The position numbers were made by a program, and so were the translations under genes. Under the pieces are notes generated by a model. The model made no database searches. It saw only the letters and a list, made by a program, of their open reading frames with translations, and had not been told where the DNA came from. Positions 37,974-48,415 of a stretch of 64,000 bases of DNA are shown in pieces (the stretch's first letter is position 1; each line of letters opens with the position of its first letter). Source of the stretch: an uncultured virus (IMG/VR IMGVR_UViG_3300025687_000041) (Duplodnaviria > Heunggongvirae > Uroviricota > Caudoviricetes); IMG/VR virus record IMGVR_UViG_3300025687_000041; one strand, given 5' to 3'.

Positions 37974-38441
37974 TTACTCCTCGATATTGAACGTCAGGTT
38001 TGCGTGATTTGGGTAGTTGACCATGACTTCACCCTCGGGACATTTGTACTTGATATGCGCCAACAGAGTCGCTGGCCCCGGTGCAACCTTATGCTGGTGA
38101 TCCTCGTCAATTTGGAACTTGTAGCCGAATTTATCGACCGTTGGTGATGCAGGACCGCTGAATGCGGCAATACTCGGTTTGGCAGGATGCACCACGAAAT
38201 CCGAATCGCGCACCTCTAACTTAAACCCCGTCACCTCGCAATCATCACGCAGCTTTTGACGGGCAACCACCACCTTAAATTCCCCTGCCGCAGTTGCGCT
38301 GGAGATTCTGAAATGCTCCGGTGCCCACATGAGGATGTCTTTTTTGAGCCAGCCAACCTTATCTGCAAGCCCGTACCCACCACCCAGCATGGCAATCGTC
38401 GCGCTGACCGCGCCAATCGTTTTGGTGATATCGAGTTGCAT
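37974..38441 (-). CDS. Hypothetical protein with N-terminal hydrophobic anchor
   Basis: Located in the lysis region; TM-like N-terminus. Confidence 0.6.
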   Translation of the reverse strand: MQLDITKTIGAVSATIAMLGGGYGLADKVGWLKKDILMWAPEHFRISSATAAGEFKVVVARQKLRDDCEVTGFKLEVRDSDFVVHPAKPSIAAFSGPASPTVDKFGYKFQIDEDHQHKVAPGPATLLAHIKYKCPEGEVMVNYPNHANLTFNIEE

Positions 38442-38444
38442 GAT

Positions 38445-38729
38445 TCACTTTGCACCGATACCCAACTTGGCTGAAATACCGACGATTACCAATCCACAGA
38501 TAACCACCAGCAAACCCCACACGCCTTTCTTGGCGATCTCTAGCTTTAACTCGACCCAGAATCTTTCCTGAGCATTTGCAGCGCGAATCATAGACTCGTG
38601 GTAGCGACGATGACCGTCAAAATCGACGGAGCCGTCAGGATTCTTCGCAAACGCCCCCACCATGCCGTGCAGGGTCTTAAGAATCTCGTCCAGTTTGTTG
38701 TCCAGATCGTCGTTCGTCGAGGGCATCAC
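38445..38729 (-). CDS. Small membrane protein
   Basis: C-terminal TM segment GVWGLLVVICGLVIVGI. Confidence 0.6.
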   Translation of the reverse strand: MMPSTNDDLDNKLDEILKTLHGMVGAFAKNPDGSVDFDGHRRYHESMIRAANAQERFWVELKLEIAKKGVWGLLVVICGLVIVGISAKLGIGAK

Positions 38730-39106
38730 TCATCCTTTGGCTCTACTGTTCCGTATTTAGACATAAGTTGCCACTGCGACTCCAATGAAAGATTGGGGTT
38801 AGATACATCATCTACGCCATCCCCGTCCCTGACTGCATGGATACAGCACAATACAGTATTGTCCTCTAACGAAGTGAACTGATGCTCAACGCCCTTTGAC
38901 ACAACGATGAGGTACGGTGCAGAAAAGACCTGTTCGCCCCCGCCATTTTTGTCGTGTTTCATCCGCACCGATCCAGCGGCAAGTAGCGATATGTGGTCAA
39001 ACTTGTGAGAGTGACCGTCGTACTCAGTCCCAGCTTTCTTAAAGCGCATCATGCGAACAAAAACATTGTCCGCAATCTGGATGTCATGCGTAATACCCTC
39101 AGACAC
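38726..39106 (-). CDS. Cupin-domain protein
   Basis: GHSHKFDH...G.EHQF...CIH metal-binding pattern; start uncertain (39106 or 39133). Confidence 0.7.
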   Translation of the reverse strand: MSEGITHDIQIADNVFVRMMRFKKAGTEYDGHSHKFDHISLLAAGSVRMKHDKNGGGEQVFSAPYLIVVSKGVEHQFTSLEDNTVLCCIHAVRDGDGVDDVSNPNLSLESQWQLMSKYGTVEPKDE

Positions 39107-39599
39107 GCGCCACCCCAATAGCCGACTCCACACCTAATTCAGCAGGGCTTTTCGGCCACACAATGTCATAAGGGAACCCGGCCTGACTTGGAACATCCCT
39201 TAGTGCCTGCCGGTATGCGGCCCATTCAGAGGCGCTAGAAACTGGCGCGTCGTTCAACTGCGTCCAATCGCAATCTGCTAGTTTTTGATTTCTTAATGCG
39301 CGTGCGCTTTTTTCGGTTCCAACTAGCTCATTTTGAATTTCTTCTGCGGACTTATGCACTACAACCCAACGAAGAATCCATTTCCCGTTTTCGTATACAG
39401 GAGCGTCTTCTTCTGAAAGATACTGCGTCCTTGGGTCAAAAACAGGGGCTTCGTTTCGCTCTACTCGATAAACCCCAAAATGCGTTAAATCCTCATCAGA
39501 AATGTTTGATGGGAACGATACATTAGGAAAGTCTTGTCTAAGCTGAGACTTGAAATACGGGAATGCTTCTATTGCCCCGTCTTTTGCTTTAACAAACAT
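39099..39599 (-). CDS. Tail fibre assembly chaperone
   Basis: RNQKLADCDWTQL.D...WAAYRQALRDVP.Q.GFP...WP. Confidence 0.85.
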   Translation of the reverse strand: MFVKAKDGAIEAFPYFKSQLRQDFPNVSFPSNISDEDLTHFGVYRVERNEAPVFDPRTQYLSEEDAPVYENGKWILRWVVVHKSAEEIQNELVGTEKSARALRNQKLADCDWTQLNDAPVSSASEWAAYRQALRDVPSQAGFPYDIVWPKSPAELGVESAIGVARV

Positions 39600-39608
39600 A
39601 TTATCTCC

Positions 39609-40967
39609 TTACACATTCACAACATTTTGAGTTGTTGGGTCTTGATTTAGAAAACTAGAAGTGGTTGGTGATGTTGCCGCCCCAGACCTAATATAAGAAA
39701 AAGGAGCGTCATTATTCTTTGTGGCCGTATCTGTAGACATAGTTACGCCACTAAGAACCCTTTGCCAACTCAATCCTGTAGCAACGGTTGTATATGAAGT
39801 TGGAACTTGCGATGCGTCTTTATCTAATTGGGCAACAATTATTGTTTTGTTATTAGAACTGCATCTTGCACTAAAAATAATATTGCCGTCTTCGTCATTT
39901 TTTGGAGTAACTTCAGCGTTCCAAAAATCTCCGGTAATTGTCCAGTATATTGTTGACAAATCTGGGCTCAACGCCAAAACAAAGTGCGCCCCAGAAGACC
40001 AGTAAATCCTGTCGTTTACTGAATCATAAGATATCCGAACAGTATATTGACTGTAATAACTCGGTGCCAAACCGGGATTTGGTGCATTTGTCGGGCAAAG
40101 TCTACCGGTAATTGTAGAGTGGACATTGAGCGTAGACGCCGTAAATGCCCATATGCCTTTCCATGTAGAAACATATAAAATATCGCCAGTTGGCCTATAA
40201 GCAACACAAGTGTTACCGTCAGTTGTTAGGGTAGTGTTTGTTAAATTCATCCTAACAAATGATTGGATTACATCTGTACTGTTGTATGTAACTTTATATA
40301 CATTTGGCCTGTCATAAGACTCATCGTTGCTGCCGTAAATAACTTGAGTAGAATTGTATACAATAGCGGAGGTTATAGAATCTGCGCCACCATCTCCGGC
40401 CAACAAAAATTTATTTGTATAAGAAGAATTTGTATTATAAGAAGACGCAATTACTCCAGACGGTTTATCGTAATTTACGAATTTACCAAATACAATCGGG
40501 TTCCCATTTGGCGACCAAACGGTCCCGTTAAGGTCTGGGCTATAAAAATAACCAAAACCAGCAACGTATTGAGTGTACGTTGTAACAGAAGTAGAGCTAT
40601 TTCTTTTGAAAAAGTAATTTGAGTTTTGACCAGATTGGAGCCATGGAATTCCGTAATTTGCGTTTCCAGAACTGTCAATACCACGATTAAAAGATATTGG
40701 ATTGGTTGTATAATTGGCAGTTGAATATATTCTTCTTGAATATTTGTAGTCCCCCGTTGTTAAATCAACGGTAAACATACCATATCCATTTTGACTGGTT
40801 ATGTTATAAACTAAATAAACCTGCGCGTAATCATCTAAAGGTTCATACACGCAGCCGCGTCTATTGATTGAATTGGTACTCCCAGCCCAAGTATAGATGC
40901 CAGCAAAATACTTTGTACCGCCAGCAGCGCCAGCAGCACCAAGCTGGAGAATTTTCGCGTTAGGCAT
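39609..40967 (-). CDS. Putative receptor-binding protein (beta-rich, AT-rich gene)
   Basis: Start re-called at MPNAKIL (TAATG overlap); Y/N/S/T-rich; followed by a chaperone. Confidence 0.6.
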   Translation of the reverse strand: MPNAKILQLGAAGAAGGTKYFAGIYTWAGSTNSINRRGCVYEPLDDYAQVYLVYNITSQNGYGMFTVDLTTGDYKYSRRIYSTANYTTNPISFNRGIDSSGNANYGIPWLQSGQNSNYFFKRNSSTSVTTYTQYVAGFGYFYSPDLNGTVWSPNGNPIVFGKFVNYDKPSGVIASSYNTNSSYTNKFLLAGDGGADSITSAIVYNSTQVIYGSNDESYDRPNVYKVTYNSTDVIQSFVRMNLTNTTLTTDGNTCVAYRPTGDILYVSTWKGIWAFTASTLNVHSTITGRLCPTNAPNPGLAPSYYSQYTVRISYDSVNDRIYWSSGAHFVLALSPDLSTIYWTITGDFWNAEVTPKNDEDGNIIFSARCSSNNKTIIVAQLDKDASQVPTSYTTVATGLSWQRVLSGVTMSTDTATKNNDAPFSYIRSGAATSPTTSSFLNQDPTTQNVVNV

Positions 40968-41452
40968 TAGACCCCGCTCCCAACGTAGGCACCGTATAAA
41001 GTTGCACCGATTTTCCAAAAGACGATTACATCTTTTGCGGTTAGTGTTGGCGCTGCGCTTCCACCAGCGGCGATCCAAGTCATGGTCGGCCAAGTAACCG
41101 CGTAGCTTGCCCCATTTGTCAACGTGAGTGAAATAGACTGACCAGCAGACAGGCTGTCAGTGAACGTAGGATTGCCCGTCAAAACACAGGTCTGAATGCT
41201 TCCGTTGGTCGGATTGAGTGCCAAAGAGCCAGAAGTGCCGAGGGCATACACCTCTTCGGTATAGCCGTCGTTGAGGATGGCTGCGGTTAGAGTAGAGCCA
41301 GACGGGAGCGTCAAAGGGTTTGCAAACGTGATGCCCGAGTTGGTCACCGTAAGCTGCGTGACCCCAGCGCCTTGCAACGCAAGCTGGCCTGAAGCATCCC
41401 CGGTAACAATTGCACCGCCTGTAACGGTGTCCGCGTTGATCGTCGTGGTCAT
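40967..41452 (-). CDS. Tail fibre adaptor subunit
   Basis: Resembles 45144-45596 (W...PTLTA..DV..F). Confidence 0.6.
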   Translation of the reverse strand: MTTTINADTVTGGAIVTGDASGQLALQGAGVTQLTVTNSGITFANPLTLPSGSTLTAAILNDGYTEEVYALGTSGSLALNPTNGSIQTCVLTGNPTFTDSLSAGQSISLTLTNGASYAVTWPTMTWIAAGGSAAPTLTAKDVIVFWKIGATLYGAYVGSGV

Positions 41453-41455
41453 TGG

Positions 41456-41695
41456 TTACTCCAATGCTTGAATTTTTGCTGTCAGGGCTGCGAGTTCAGC
41501 CATGAGTTGTTCTTTGGTTGGTGCGGGTGCTGGCTCGGGTTCCGGTGCGGGAGCAGGCTTAGTAAACGCCCCGTTGTTGTAGCCCCATCCCGGTCCTGCC
41601 TGTGGGCATTCGACCCAACCCTTCTCGGCAGCGAGTGCGGCATCCGCCACAACCACGTTGACCACCACACCGTTTTCAATGATTGCGTATCTCAT
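41456..41695 (-). CDS. Small fibre-associated protein
   Basis: MRYAIIENGVVVNVVV...GW.Y..G.F..P pattern; follows the Gly-rich fibre gene. Confidence 0.65.
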   Translation of the reverse strand: MRYAIIENGVVVNVVVADAALAAEKGWVECPQAGPGWGYNNGAFTKPAPAPEPEPAPAPTKEQLMAELAALTAKIQALE

Positions 41696-41703
41696 CTCGC
41701 ACC

Positions 41704-42708
41704 TCACCAGCTATAAACGCGGCACAGGCCATTACCACCAGCACCACCAGCACCGGAGTTAAAGCCATTGGTCGATCCACCGCCGCCACCGCCTCCAGCG
41801 GCAATACCTCCAGCACCGCCCGCCCCAGCGTTAGCGGTATTGCCCCAACCACCGCCACCGCCGCCAAGAAAGCGGCTCCCACCAGCAGGCCCGACTCCTC
41901 CTTGGGTAGTTGCCCCAGCGGCCCCGCCCCCACTAAACCCGGTTTGCGACCCACCCTCAGTCGCCGCATAACCAGTATTGTCGCTTTGGATATGACCTCC
42001 CCCGCCACCGCCTCCACCACCAAATGCAGAGCATCCACCACCACCGATTGCATTCTGGTTGTTACTTAATCCACGCGATCCACCACCCCCGCCAAAACCA
42101 GATGACCCACCAAAGACACTATTGGCGGTTCCGCTTGCGTCGTACCCCCAATTGCCTACGGCCCCCCCAAAACCGGCGGCTCGTGCGTTAGTGTTTCCAC
42201 CAATAAAGGGCGAACCGGCTGTCGCTGCTGAAACAGCGGCAGACAGCACCCCTCCACCTCCCCCGCCGATTGCCTCAGAGGTTCTTCCCGGTTCGCCAAC
42301 ACCACCCCCATAAGAAACTAAATGGGAGCCGAATGACGTTGACCCACCGCCAGTTCCAAGATTTCCATCAGTATCATTAACCGTCTGGGCGGCTCCCCCC
42401 GTACCACCGGCTCCAATTGTGACCGATACAGTTGAACCCAAATCGGACGCCGGGAATAAGCTATAGCGATACGCCCCGCCGCCGCCTCCCGGTCCACCAC
42501 CCCTATTTGTACCTGCCGCCCCGCGCCTTCCAGCATTACCCCCGCCCCCAGCACCCCAGCACTCAACCATCACAAAGGTTGCGCCAGAGGGTTTGGTCCA
42601 AGTACCCGAAGCGGTAAATTCTTGGAAGTCTGGGCCGGTCGCCGCAGTTGCTTGCGTTGTTGCGTCTGGGAATGTCGCCCCGCTGGAGCCACTAATCGTC
42701 ATTGTCAT
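41704..42708 (-). CDS. Glycine-rich tail fibre protein
   Basis: [10 protein letters not shown]...WGAGGGG; poly-Gly runs; GG.G..G...V ending. Confidence 0.75.
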   Translation of the reverse strand: MTMTISGSSGATFPDATTQATAATGPDFQEFTASGTWTKPSGATFVMVECWGAGGGGNAGRRGAAGTNRGGGPGGGGGAYRYSLFPASDLGSTVSVTIGAGGTGGAAQTVNDTDGNLGTGGGSTSFGSHLVSYGGGVGEPGRTSEAIGGGGGGVLSAAVSAATAGSPFIGGNTNARAAGFGGAVGNWGYDASGTANSVFGGSSGFGGGGGSRGLSNNQNAIGGGGCSAFGGGGGGGGGHIQSDNTGYAATEGGSQTGFSGGGAAGATTQGGVGPAGGSRFLGGGGGGWGNTANAGAGGAGGIAAGGGGGGGSTNGFNSGAGGAGGNGLCRVYSW

Positions 42709-42711
42709 TTC

Positions 42712-43215
42712 TTACTCCGGTTGGGTGGGCCAAGTCACATTCCAAGGGAATCCTGCCTGTGCAGGAACGTCCCTAAGAGCTTGACGGTATGTTGCCCACA
42801 CGCTGCTGATATTTTCTGCGATGTCCTTGCCCTGCGTCCAGTCTGATGCGGCGAGTTTTGCATCCCGATCAGCACGAACACTCTTGGCTTGCTCTGCGTC
42901 TTTCTGAGCTTTGTACGCGGCTTCCTGCTGCGCCGCAGTCATTGCTGGCTCAGTGTCCGTTGCAGGGCGGTCTGTGAAAATTGGCCCAAGCACATACTTG
43001 GTGTACCACTTGCCATTGATCTCTTCGACCCCGGCAGATTGGCTGTACTGATACTGATCCCCGCCAGTGGCTTGCGGACCCTCAAAGATCACATCAATCC
43101 CTAGAGCTTCACAAATTGACTCATCCCAAACACGAGGCAGCGATGTGTTGGGGTGCATCTTGCGGATCTCACCTTGAGATTTGATGTCTCCGCTTGATCG
43201 GATGCGATAGTTCAT
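42712..43215 (-). CDS. Tail fibre assembly chaperone
   Basis: RDAKLAASDWTQ..D...WATYRQALRDVP.QAGFPW...WP. Confidence 0.85.
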   Translation of the reverse strand: MNYRIRSSGDIKSQGEIRKMHPNTSLPRVWDESICEALGIDVIFEGPQATGGDQYQYSQSAGVEEINGKWYTKYVLGPIFTDRPATDTEPAMTAAQQEAAYKAQKDAEQAKSVRADRDAKLAASDWTQGKDIAENISSVWATYRQALRDVPAQAGFPWNVTWPTQPE

Positions 43216-43224
43216 TTTTTAACC

Positions 43225-45144
43225 TCAAGCTATTGCCAAGAAGATGAATGTCCCGCCGTTAGCATTGATCGCTGCCGGGGCGGTGCTGCTGATTTCAAAG
43301 CCAGCAGAGTAGGTGTCAACGTAGTCGGTGCTGGTCACTTCGGCCGCTGTGCTATTAAGCAGCAGGTACGGGTCGTTGCCAGCCACGATGCCACGGGCGC
43401 TGTCCCACACATACCAGTCACCAGTGCTGTCGGTGCGTTTGATCAAAACGAACCTTGCGCCACCTGTGAAGCCACAATTGATCTGTTGGGTTGCTGCTGT
43501 GCCTGTGTAAGAGCCAACCTTGCTCACGCCGGGGCAGGTGGCGAAGAGGTATGCAACAAAAGTTGATCCTGAATTATTTACATCGCTTTGCGTCCCTAAT
43601 GTAAAAACAGACGCTGTTGGAGATGTATTATTCCAAAAACTTGTTGCTGTTCCTGCCGCCATTGTATTTTCTAATCGCATATATTTTGTTGCGCCAGTAG
43701 GAGCCGTATAAACAGCCCAAACACTACCAGCTTGGCTCCTGCTCTTCACAATCATTAACTCAGGCACTACTGCCAAGTTATGCGCCACGGTTGTTCCGGC
43801 AACAGAATTTCCCGTATAGCAAACCTCATCAAAGAAGCCGGGGGCGCGGCGGAAGTTCCAGAAAATTGATACTGAATTTGACCAGCTTGTATCTACTTGA
43901 AACCCGGTATTTCCCCACATCCTTGTGGCGGTAGAAACCGTTGCTTCCGCACTAGTTGATTGGGTTTGCAAAGATTTGGCGCCTTCTGTTGTAGAAGAAG
44001 AAACTCCACGCAAGCGATCATATACATAATGACCACTTACGCCACCGCGCCAAGTTGGAATTTGAAGATCAACAGGAAAACCTGTTGTCACGGGAGTTCC
44101 TACACTTACAGCGCCAATAGTATTTGGACTAAACACCTCCGTCCCACTCTCCGGAGTCTTCATCGGGCCACGGCGAATGGCGATGTAGATGTAGGTGGCG
44201 TTCCAAGCAATGTTGTATGGATTGAATCCAGTGGCTGTTGGTTGAATCCAATCCACCGTTGATTCAGCGTCACTTAAGTTTGCAAACAAAATTGCATCAC
44301 CGTTCGTGGTGTTAACGGTCATGCCACGCATGTTGTCAAACATCAGCCAACTTCCAGTACCGTCTGAACGCTTGTACATGACGTACTGAGGCTCATATCC
44401 AAGGCTCACCGTAGCGTTACCGGAGCCATCAGTCGTAAACGACCCACACGAAATCACATTGTCCGTACCCGTCAGGCCAAAGCCGCCTGCGTTGTGGGCG
44501 AAGATGTAGGCGACGTAATTTTCACCGTTAATATTCAAAGAACTTGTTACGCTAATGTATGTCTCAGTTGCCCCAGCAACATCCGTGCTGGTTGACGCAG
44601 CATTAGTAGAGTTAAGAAGGATTCCGTATCCACTGGACAGACTGCGATGCCATGAATGCCAGTTAGAAGCTACGTTTGTTATTTTTGTTGTGTAGAAACC
44701 CGGTGTTGACCCCAAGTTATGCGGGATGTTTCTTGCACCTGAACCATTACCGCTCCACGTCACCACATCAAAGAACTTCTCTGCCTTGCGGAATGTCCAT
44801 GAGGCGAAAGTACTGTTGTTAGCGTTTGTGTCAGCACTAAAACCTAAAGAAAAGCCGTTGTTATTAAATGATGTAAGCGTAAATGAGCTAAATTCATTTG
44901 CGTTAGTGGTGTTGCTATTAAGTCTGTTCCCCACGCCCCGTGCGGTGTCAAATAAAAGATGGTTTTGGACCGTTGGTCTTCTCTTTGTCCAAACCAACCC
45001 ACCCTCACCAGCCAGATCAATCCCGTTGGTGATCGTCTGCGTGGAGCCATTGCCGGTGTAGAGCCAAGTGCTGAATACGTCCTCGATGTACGTTGCCCCA
45101 CCCAACGCACCGGCTGCTGCTTGAACTACATCACGGACTGACAT
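43225..45144 (-). CDS. Tail fibre/receptor-binding protein with internal domain repeats
   Basis: Repeated YTGNG...K.R...W..D..RG...L.N.T.AE units; start re-called at MSVRDVV (TAATG overlap). Confidence 0.7.
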   Translation of the reverse strand: MSVRDVVQAAAGALGGATYIEDVFSTWLYTGNGSTQTITNGIDLAGEGGLVWTKRRPTVQNHLLFDTARGVGNRLNSNTTNANEFSSFTLTSFNNNGFSLGFSADTNANNSTFASWTFRKAEKFFDVVTWSGNGSGARNIPHNLGSTPGFYTTKITNVASNWHSWHRSLSSGYGILLNSTNAASTSTDVAGATETYISVTSSLNINGENYVAYIFAHNAGGFGLTGTDNVISCGSFTTDGSGNATVSLGYEPQYVMYKRSDGTGSWLMFDNMRGMTVNTTNGDAILFANLSDAESTVDWIQPTATGFNPYNIAWNATYIYIAIRRGPMKTPESGTEVFSPNTIGAVSVGTPVTTGFPVDLQIPTWRGGVSGHYVYDRLRGVSSSTTEGAKSLQTQSTSAEATVSTATRMWGNTGFQVDTSWSNSVSIFWNFRRAPGFFDEVCYTGNSVAGTTVAHNLAVVPELMIVKSRSQAGSVWAVYTAPTGATKYMRLENTMAAGTATSFWNNTSPTASVFTLGTQSDVNNSGSTFVAYLFATCPGVSKVGSYTGTAATQQINCGFTGGARFVLIKRTDSTGDWYVWDSARGIVAGNDPYLLLNSTAAEVTSTDYVDTYSAGFEISSTAPAAINANGGTFIFLAIA

Positions 45145-45596
45145 TACGCCATCCCCTGTCCAAGCACGAACGCATTCCAAGTCGTGCCGCCATCATAAGT
45201 AAAGAACGCCAGCACATCCCTGCCTGAAGCTGTCAGAGTCGGAGGTGTAGCAGCATTCCACGTTACGCCTGAGAACCAATTCACCGTCGCTGATCCACCG
45301 TTGGTTAGGTCAAGCACAAACGCACTAACCGCTCCGCTGGATGCCACATTGCTGACTGTGAAGGTTGTCGTACCTGAGATGGTCTTGGTGAAGTAATTGC
45401 CTAGCGCCAGATCAATGGCTGAAGCGGCGATTGCCACCTTCTTCTCAATAACACCCGCCGCATAGGTTGCGGTTTGATCTGCCCCCAGAGTCAGCGCCGT
45501 CGTTGCACCGTTAGTCTGAAACACCAAATTGCCAGCAGTATTTCCTGTGCTGACAAGCGCGGTTCCGGTTGTGGTCCCTGCTGCGATTGAACTCAT
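45144..45596 (-). CDS. Tail fibre adaptor subunit
   Basis: IDL..GNYF...W...PTLTASGRDVL.F.T.DGGTTW. Confidence 0.65.
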   Translation of the reverse strand: MSSIAAGTTTGTALVSTGNTAGNLVFQTNGATTALTLGADQTATYAAGVIEKKVAIAASAIDLALGNYFTKTISGTTTFTVSNVASSGAVSAFVLDLTNGGSATVNWFSGVTWNAATPPTLTASGRDVLAFFTYDGGTTWNAFVLGQGMA

Positions 45597-45605
45597 GTTT
45601 GCCCC

Positions 45606-46442
45606 TTAAATCACAACCCAGCGTTGGCCGGAAGATACTGTAACAGTCACCCCATTAGCGATGGTCATGGGGCCAACCGAAAAACCGTTTGTGCCTGAAG
45701 CTACGGTGTAGCTTGAAGATACAGTCGTGTAATTAATAGAAATAGATCCGCCACCACCGGGAATAAGCAGCGTAGCCCAGCTTGCGTTTGTACCGTCAGT
45801 GGTTAACCATTTACCAGCGTTTCCAGATTGACTGGGAAGACCAGAAGCCGGAGTTGCCCATGTAGGCACCCCGCCTGCTACCGTAAGAACCTGCCCAGTG
45901 GAACCAATATTTCGTTTTGTTAGCGCGGTTGCGCCAGAAGCATAAACAATGTCGCCTGTGGTGTAACTGGAAAAATTAGTTCCTCCATTAGCTACTGGAA
46001 GTACCCCGGTTACATCAGTTGTCAGGTCAACCTTCCCGCCCGCAATTTCAACAAAATCAGAGCCGTTCCATGCGACAAGCGCTTTACGCCCCGCCAAAAT
46101 AGTTACCCCGGCTGTCGGGCCAGCCCCACGGATTACGATTGACTGTGACCCCCCAGTAGCATTAATAACTACGTAGGCTTTTGATTGCGCAGGCGCTGTA
46201 ATGTACCGGGTCACTGAACCCGTGGCTGTCCAACGGATGACCGCGTTGCGTGCCTGATTCGCCGCCCCATTAGTGGTGCTTAGCGTAACGTCTGCGTCAC
46301 TGGACAGAACGGTGGTACCCGCAACCGCCGAATCCAGAAGTTGCGTAATTGAGTCATTGACTACGACTCCCCATGTTCCAGACAAATCCCCCGTTGTGGG
46401 GAGCGCCAAACCAAGGAGGGGAGAGAAATTAGTTACCGCCAT
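45606..46442 (-). CDS. Proximal tail fibre protein
   Basis: L.LP.TG..SGTWG N-terminus; LPVANGGT; GQVLT; shares its C-terminus with the 46453-46914 gene. Confidence 0.7.
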   Translation of the reverse strand: MAVTNFSPLLGLALPTTGDLSGTWGVVVNDSITQLLDSAVAGTTVLSSDADVTLSTTNGAANQARNAVIRWTATGSVTRYITAPAQSKAYVVINATGGSQSIVIRGAGPTAGVTILAGRKALVAWNGSDFVEIAGGKVDLTTDVTGVLPVANGGTNFSSYTTGDIVYASGATALTKRNIGSTGQVLTVAGGVPTWATPASGLPSQSGNAGKWLTTDGTNASWATLLIPGGGGSISINYTTVSSSYTVASGTNGFSVGPMTIANGVTVTVSSGQRWVVI

Positions 46443-46452
46443 GTTCTATCCT

Positions 46453-46914
46453 TTACACAACCAGCCAGCGTTGCCCGCTTGGAACTGTAAATGACGACCC
46501 AGAGGCTATAGTTATTGGCCCTACACTAAAGCCATTCTTCCCTGTCGTCATTGTATATGTACCCGTGAACAACGTGTAGTTTTCTACAACAGCTCCAGCA
46601 GCCGCAAAAGACGCATACTCCGCAGGGTAAGATACAAATACGTCTTTATCGCCCGATCCAAAATTGACCAAGCTGCCAGAATTGCTGGAGGCTAAAACCG
46701 TATCTCTTGAAAGCGTGGTCCCCGACGCGGTATAAGTACCAATCCCGACTTCCCAATCCGCGCCAGTCTGCTCAGCTATGGTGTAATAAGTGGTATTGCC
46801 GTCACCAACAGCAGAAAATGACTGATAGCCCGTTGCTGCGCCGAGCAGCGTAACGGTCCCCGTACCAGCCGTTGTGGTCGTTTCCTTTACGCGATCCGCT
46901 ACAACAAGTGCCAT
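46453..46914 (-). CDS. Tail structural protein
   Basis: ADRVKETTTT.GTG..L...WEVG.GT motifs. Confidence 0.65.
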   Translation of the reverse strand: MALVVADRVKETTTTAGTGTVTLLGAATGYQSFSAVGDGNTTYYTIAEQTGADWEVGIGTYTASGTTLSRDTVLASSNSGSLVNFGSGDKDVFVSYPAEYASFAAAGAVVENYTLFTGTYTMTTGKNGFSVGPITIASGSSFTVPSGQRWLVV

Positions 46915-46923
46915 GTTTCTTCC

Positions 46924-47916
46924 TTACACAGTCATTTCTACGTCAATCCAATCTGGAGTTTGTGAATTATCCACATTCTGCCAGTCTGGAGTTTGGCTGT
47001 CATCAATTACCGTCCAGTAAAAGCGATTAAACGTACCCGCCTGACCTTGAGCAGAAACGCCGCTAAGCGCCACGGTTCTTGAGGAACCGACTGACCCAAC
47101 ATAGCCGTAAGCAACGACGCTATCTTCTACCGGACCAACAACAGGAGTTGCAATCCCTGTCGCACCTGTAGCCGAAACTCCAGTTAACGCAACAACCCGC
47201 TCAGAGCCAAGATTGCCAGTCTCACCGCCTGCGGAAACTCCAACCCCAATCGGCGCTGCCAGTACGGTCCCTGTCTCACCAGAGGCCGTTACCCCAGTCA
47301 AAAACGCCGCATACGCAAACTCAACTGTTCCAACCGCACCCGATGCCGAGACCCCGGTTAGCGCAACCTGTCGATCCGTTGATACCGATCCTACAGAGCC
47401 GTAGGCAATTACACCGTCTTCAGTCGGGCTGTTAGTCTCAGTAACGTCCCCAACAGTACCGCTTGCTGATACTCCGGTTAGGGCGACAGTACGTTCACCC
47501 ATACCCACAGACCCAACAGAGCCTATGGCTTGGACCCCGGTGGCTTCGCCAATCTTATTAAAGACAACGCTGCCAACCGCACCCGTAGTGCTAACCCCAG
47601 AAATCGCCGTCGCCGCAGTCGCAGTCGCGGTACCAACAACTCCTGACGCTACAACCCCTGTGAGTGCCGCAGTCTGTGCGGTATTAACAGAACCAGTCTG
47701 GCCGCTAGCTACGGCCCCCGTAAGCGTGGCGGATTGTGCTACAACAACAGAACCAATTGCCCCCGAAGCCTGAACACCGGTAACCGCAATTTGCGGATTA
47801 GCAGCAACAGTCCCAACCGCACCAGATGCGGAAACACCAGAAAGCGCGACAACAATCGTCTGCCCCGCAAGCGAGGAGAATGGCGCTCCTGAGAATGGGG
47901 CGATTCCAAATGTCAT
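46924..47916 (-). CDS. Repetitive V/G/S/A/T-rich structural protein
   Basis: FG..PFS.APFS start; ~20-aa LTGVSA.G.VG.V repeats. Confidence 0.7.
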   Translation of the reverse strand: MTFGIAPFSGAPFSSLAGQTIVVALSGVSASGAVGTVAANPQIAVTGVQASGAIGSVVVAQSATLTGAVASGQTGSVNTAQTAALTGVVASGVVGTATATAATAISGVSTTGAVGSVVFNKIGEATGVQAIGSVGSVGMGERTVALTGVSASGTVGDVTETNSPTEDGVIAYGSVGSVSTDRQVALTGVSASGAVGTVEFAYAAFLTGVTASGETGTVLAAPIGVGVSAGGETGNLGSERVVALTGVSATGATGIATPVVGPVEDSVVAYGYVGSVGSSRTVALSGVSAQGQAGTFNRFYWTVIDDSQTPDWQNVDNSQTPDWIDVEMTV

Positions 47917-47946
47917 GGCTACACGGCGGTTATACCGCCGCCCTTA

Positions 47947-48405
47947 TCAGGTTGTAGCCAAGCGCAACAGAGCGTTCGACGTATCGTTAGTCGGCATCGT
48001 CAGGGTAAACGTACCCGCTGTCACGGTCTGCGAACCAAACGTATGCACGCTGACTGACTTATCTGACTTCGACGAGTTATAAATCAACACAGCATCAAAC
48101 GGTGTAGTCAACGTGACATTGGTGTACGTGATTGATGCTGACGGGGTCCAATACGCCACACCAGCGGTTGCCGAAGTGTTGGTCGATGCCGGAGATGTCC
48201 CGTTAGTCACCGTTACACCACCAGCAGAATAGTTGGTGCCAGAAACCTCACCAGTACTGGAGTATGCAGTAGTGGATGCGTTATACGTCGCAGTTGTTTC
48301 GTACAGGGCTGCTTTGAACGTATCCCCAGTACCTGTTGTGAAGTCGTGCGTAGCCGTCATGAGTTGTTCCATGAACGAGGTGCACATTGCTTGAGTATTC
48401 GCCAT
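47947..48405 (-). CDS. Virion structural protein (paralog of 48620-49066)
   Basis: SF...H.F....FK.ALY...EV.G..Y.AGG...LIYNS. Confidence 0.7.
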   Translation of the reverse strand: MANTQAMCTSFMEQLMTATHDFTTGTGDTFKAALYETTATYNASTTAYSSTGEVSGTNYSAGGVTVTNGTSPASTNTSATAGVAYWTPSASITYTNVTLTTPFDAVLIYNSSKSDKSVSVHTFGSQTVTAGTFTLTMPTNDTSNALLRLATT

Positions 48406-48415
48406 GTTTGGCTCC

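Noticed and set aside
39609..45144. Diversity-generating retroelement or invertible tail-fibre switch
   Set aside because: No reverse transcriptase, invertase, or near-identical template/variable repeat pair was seen.
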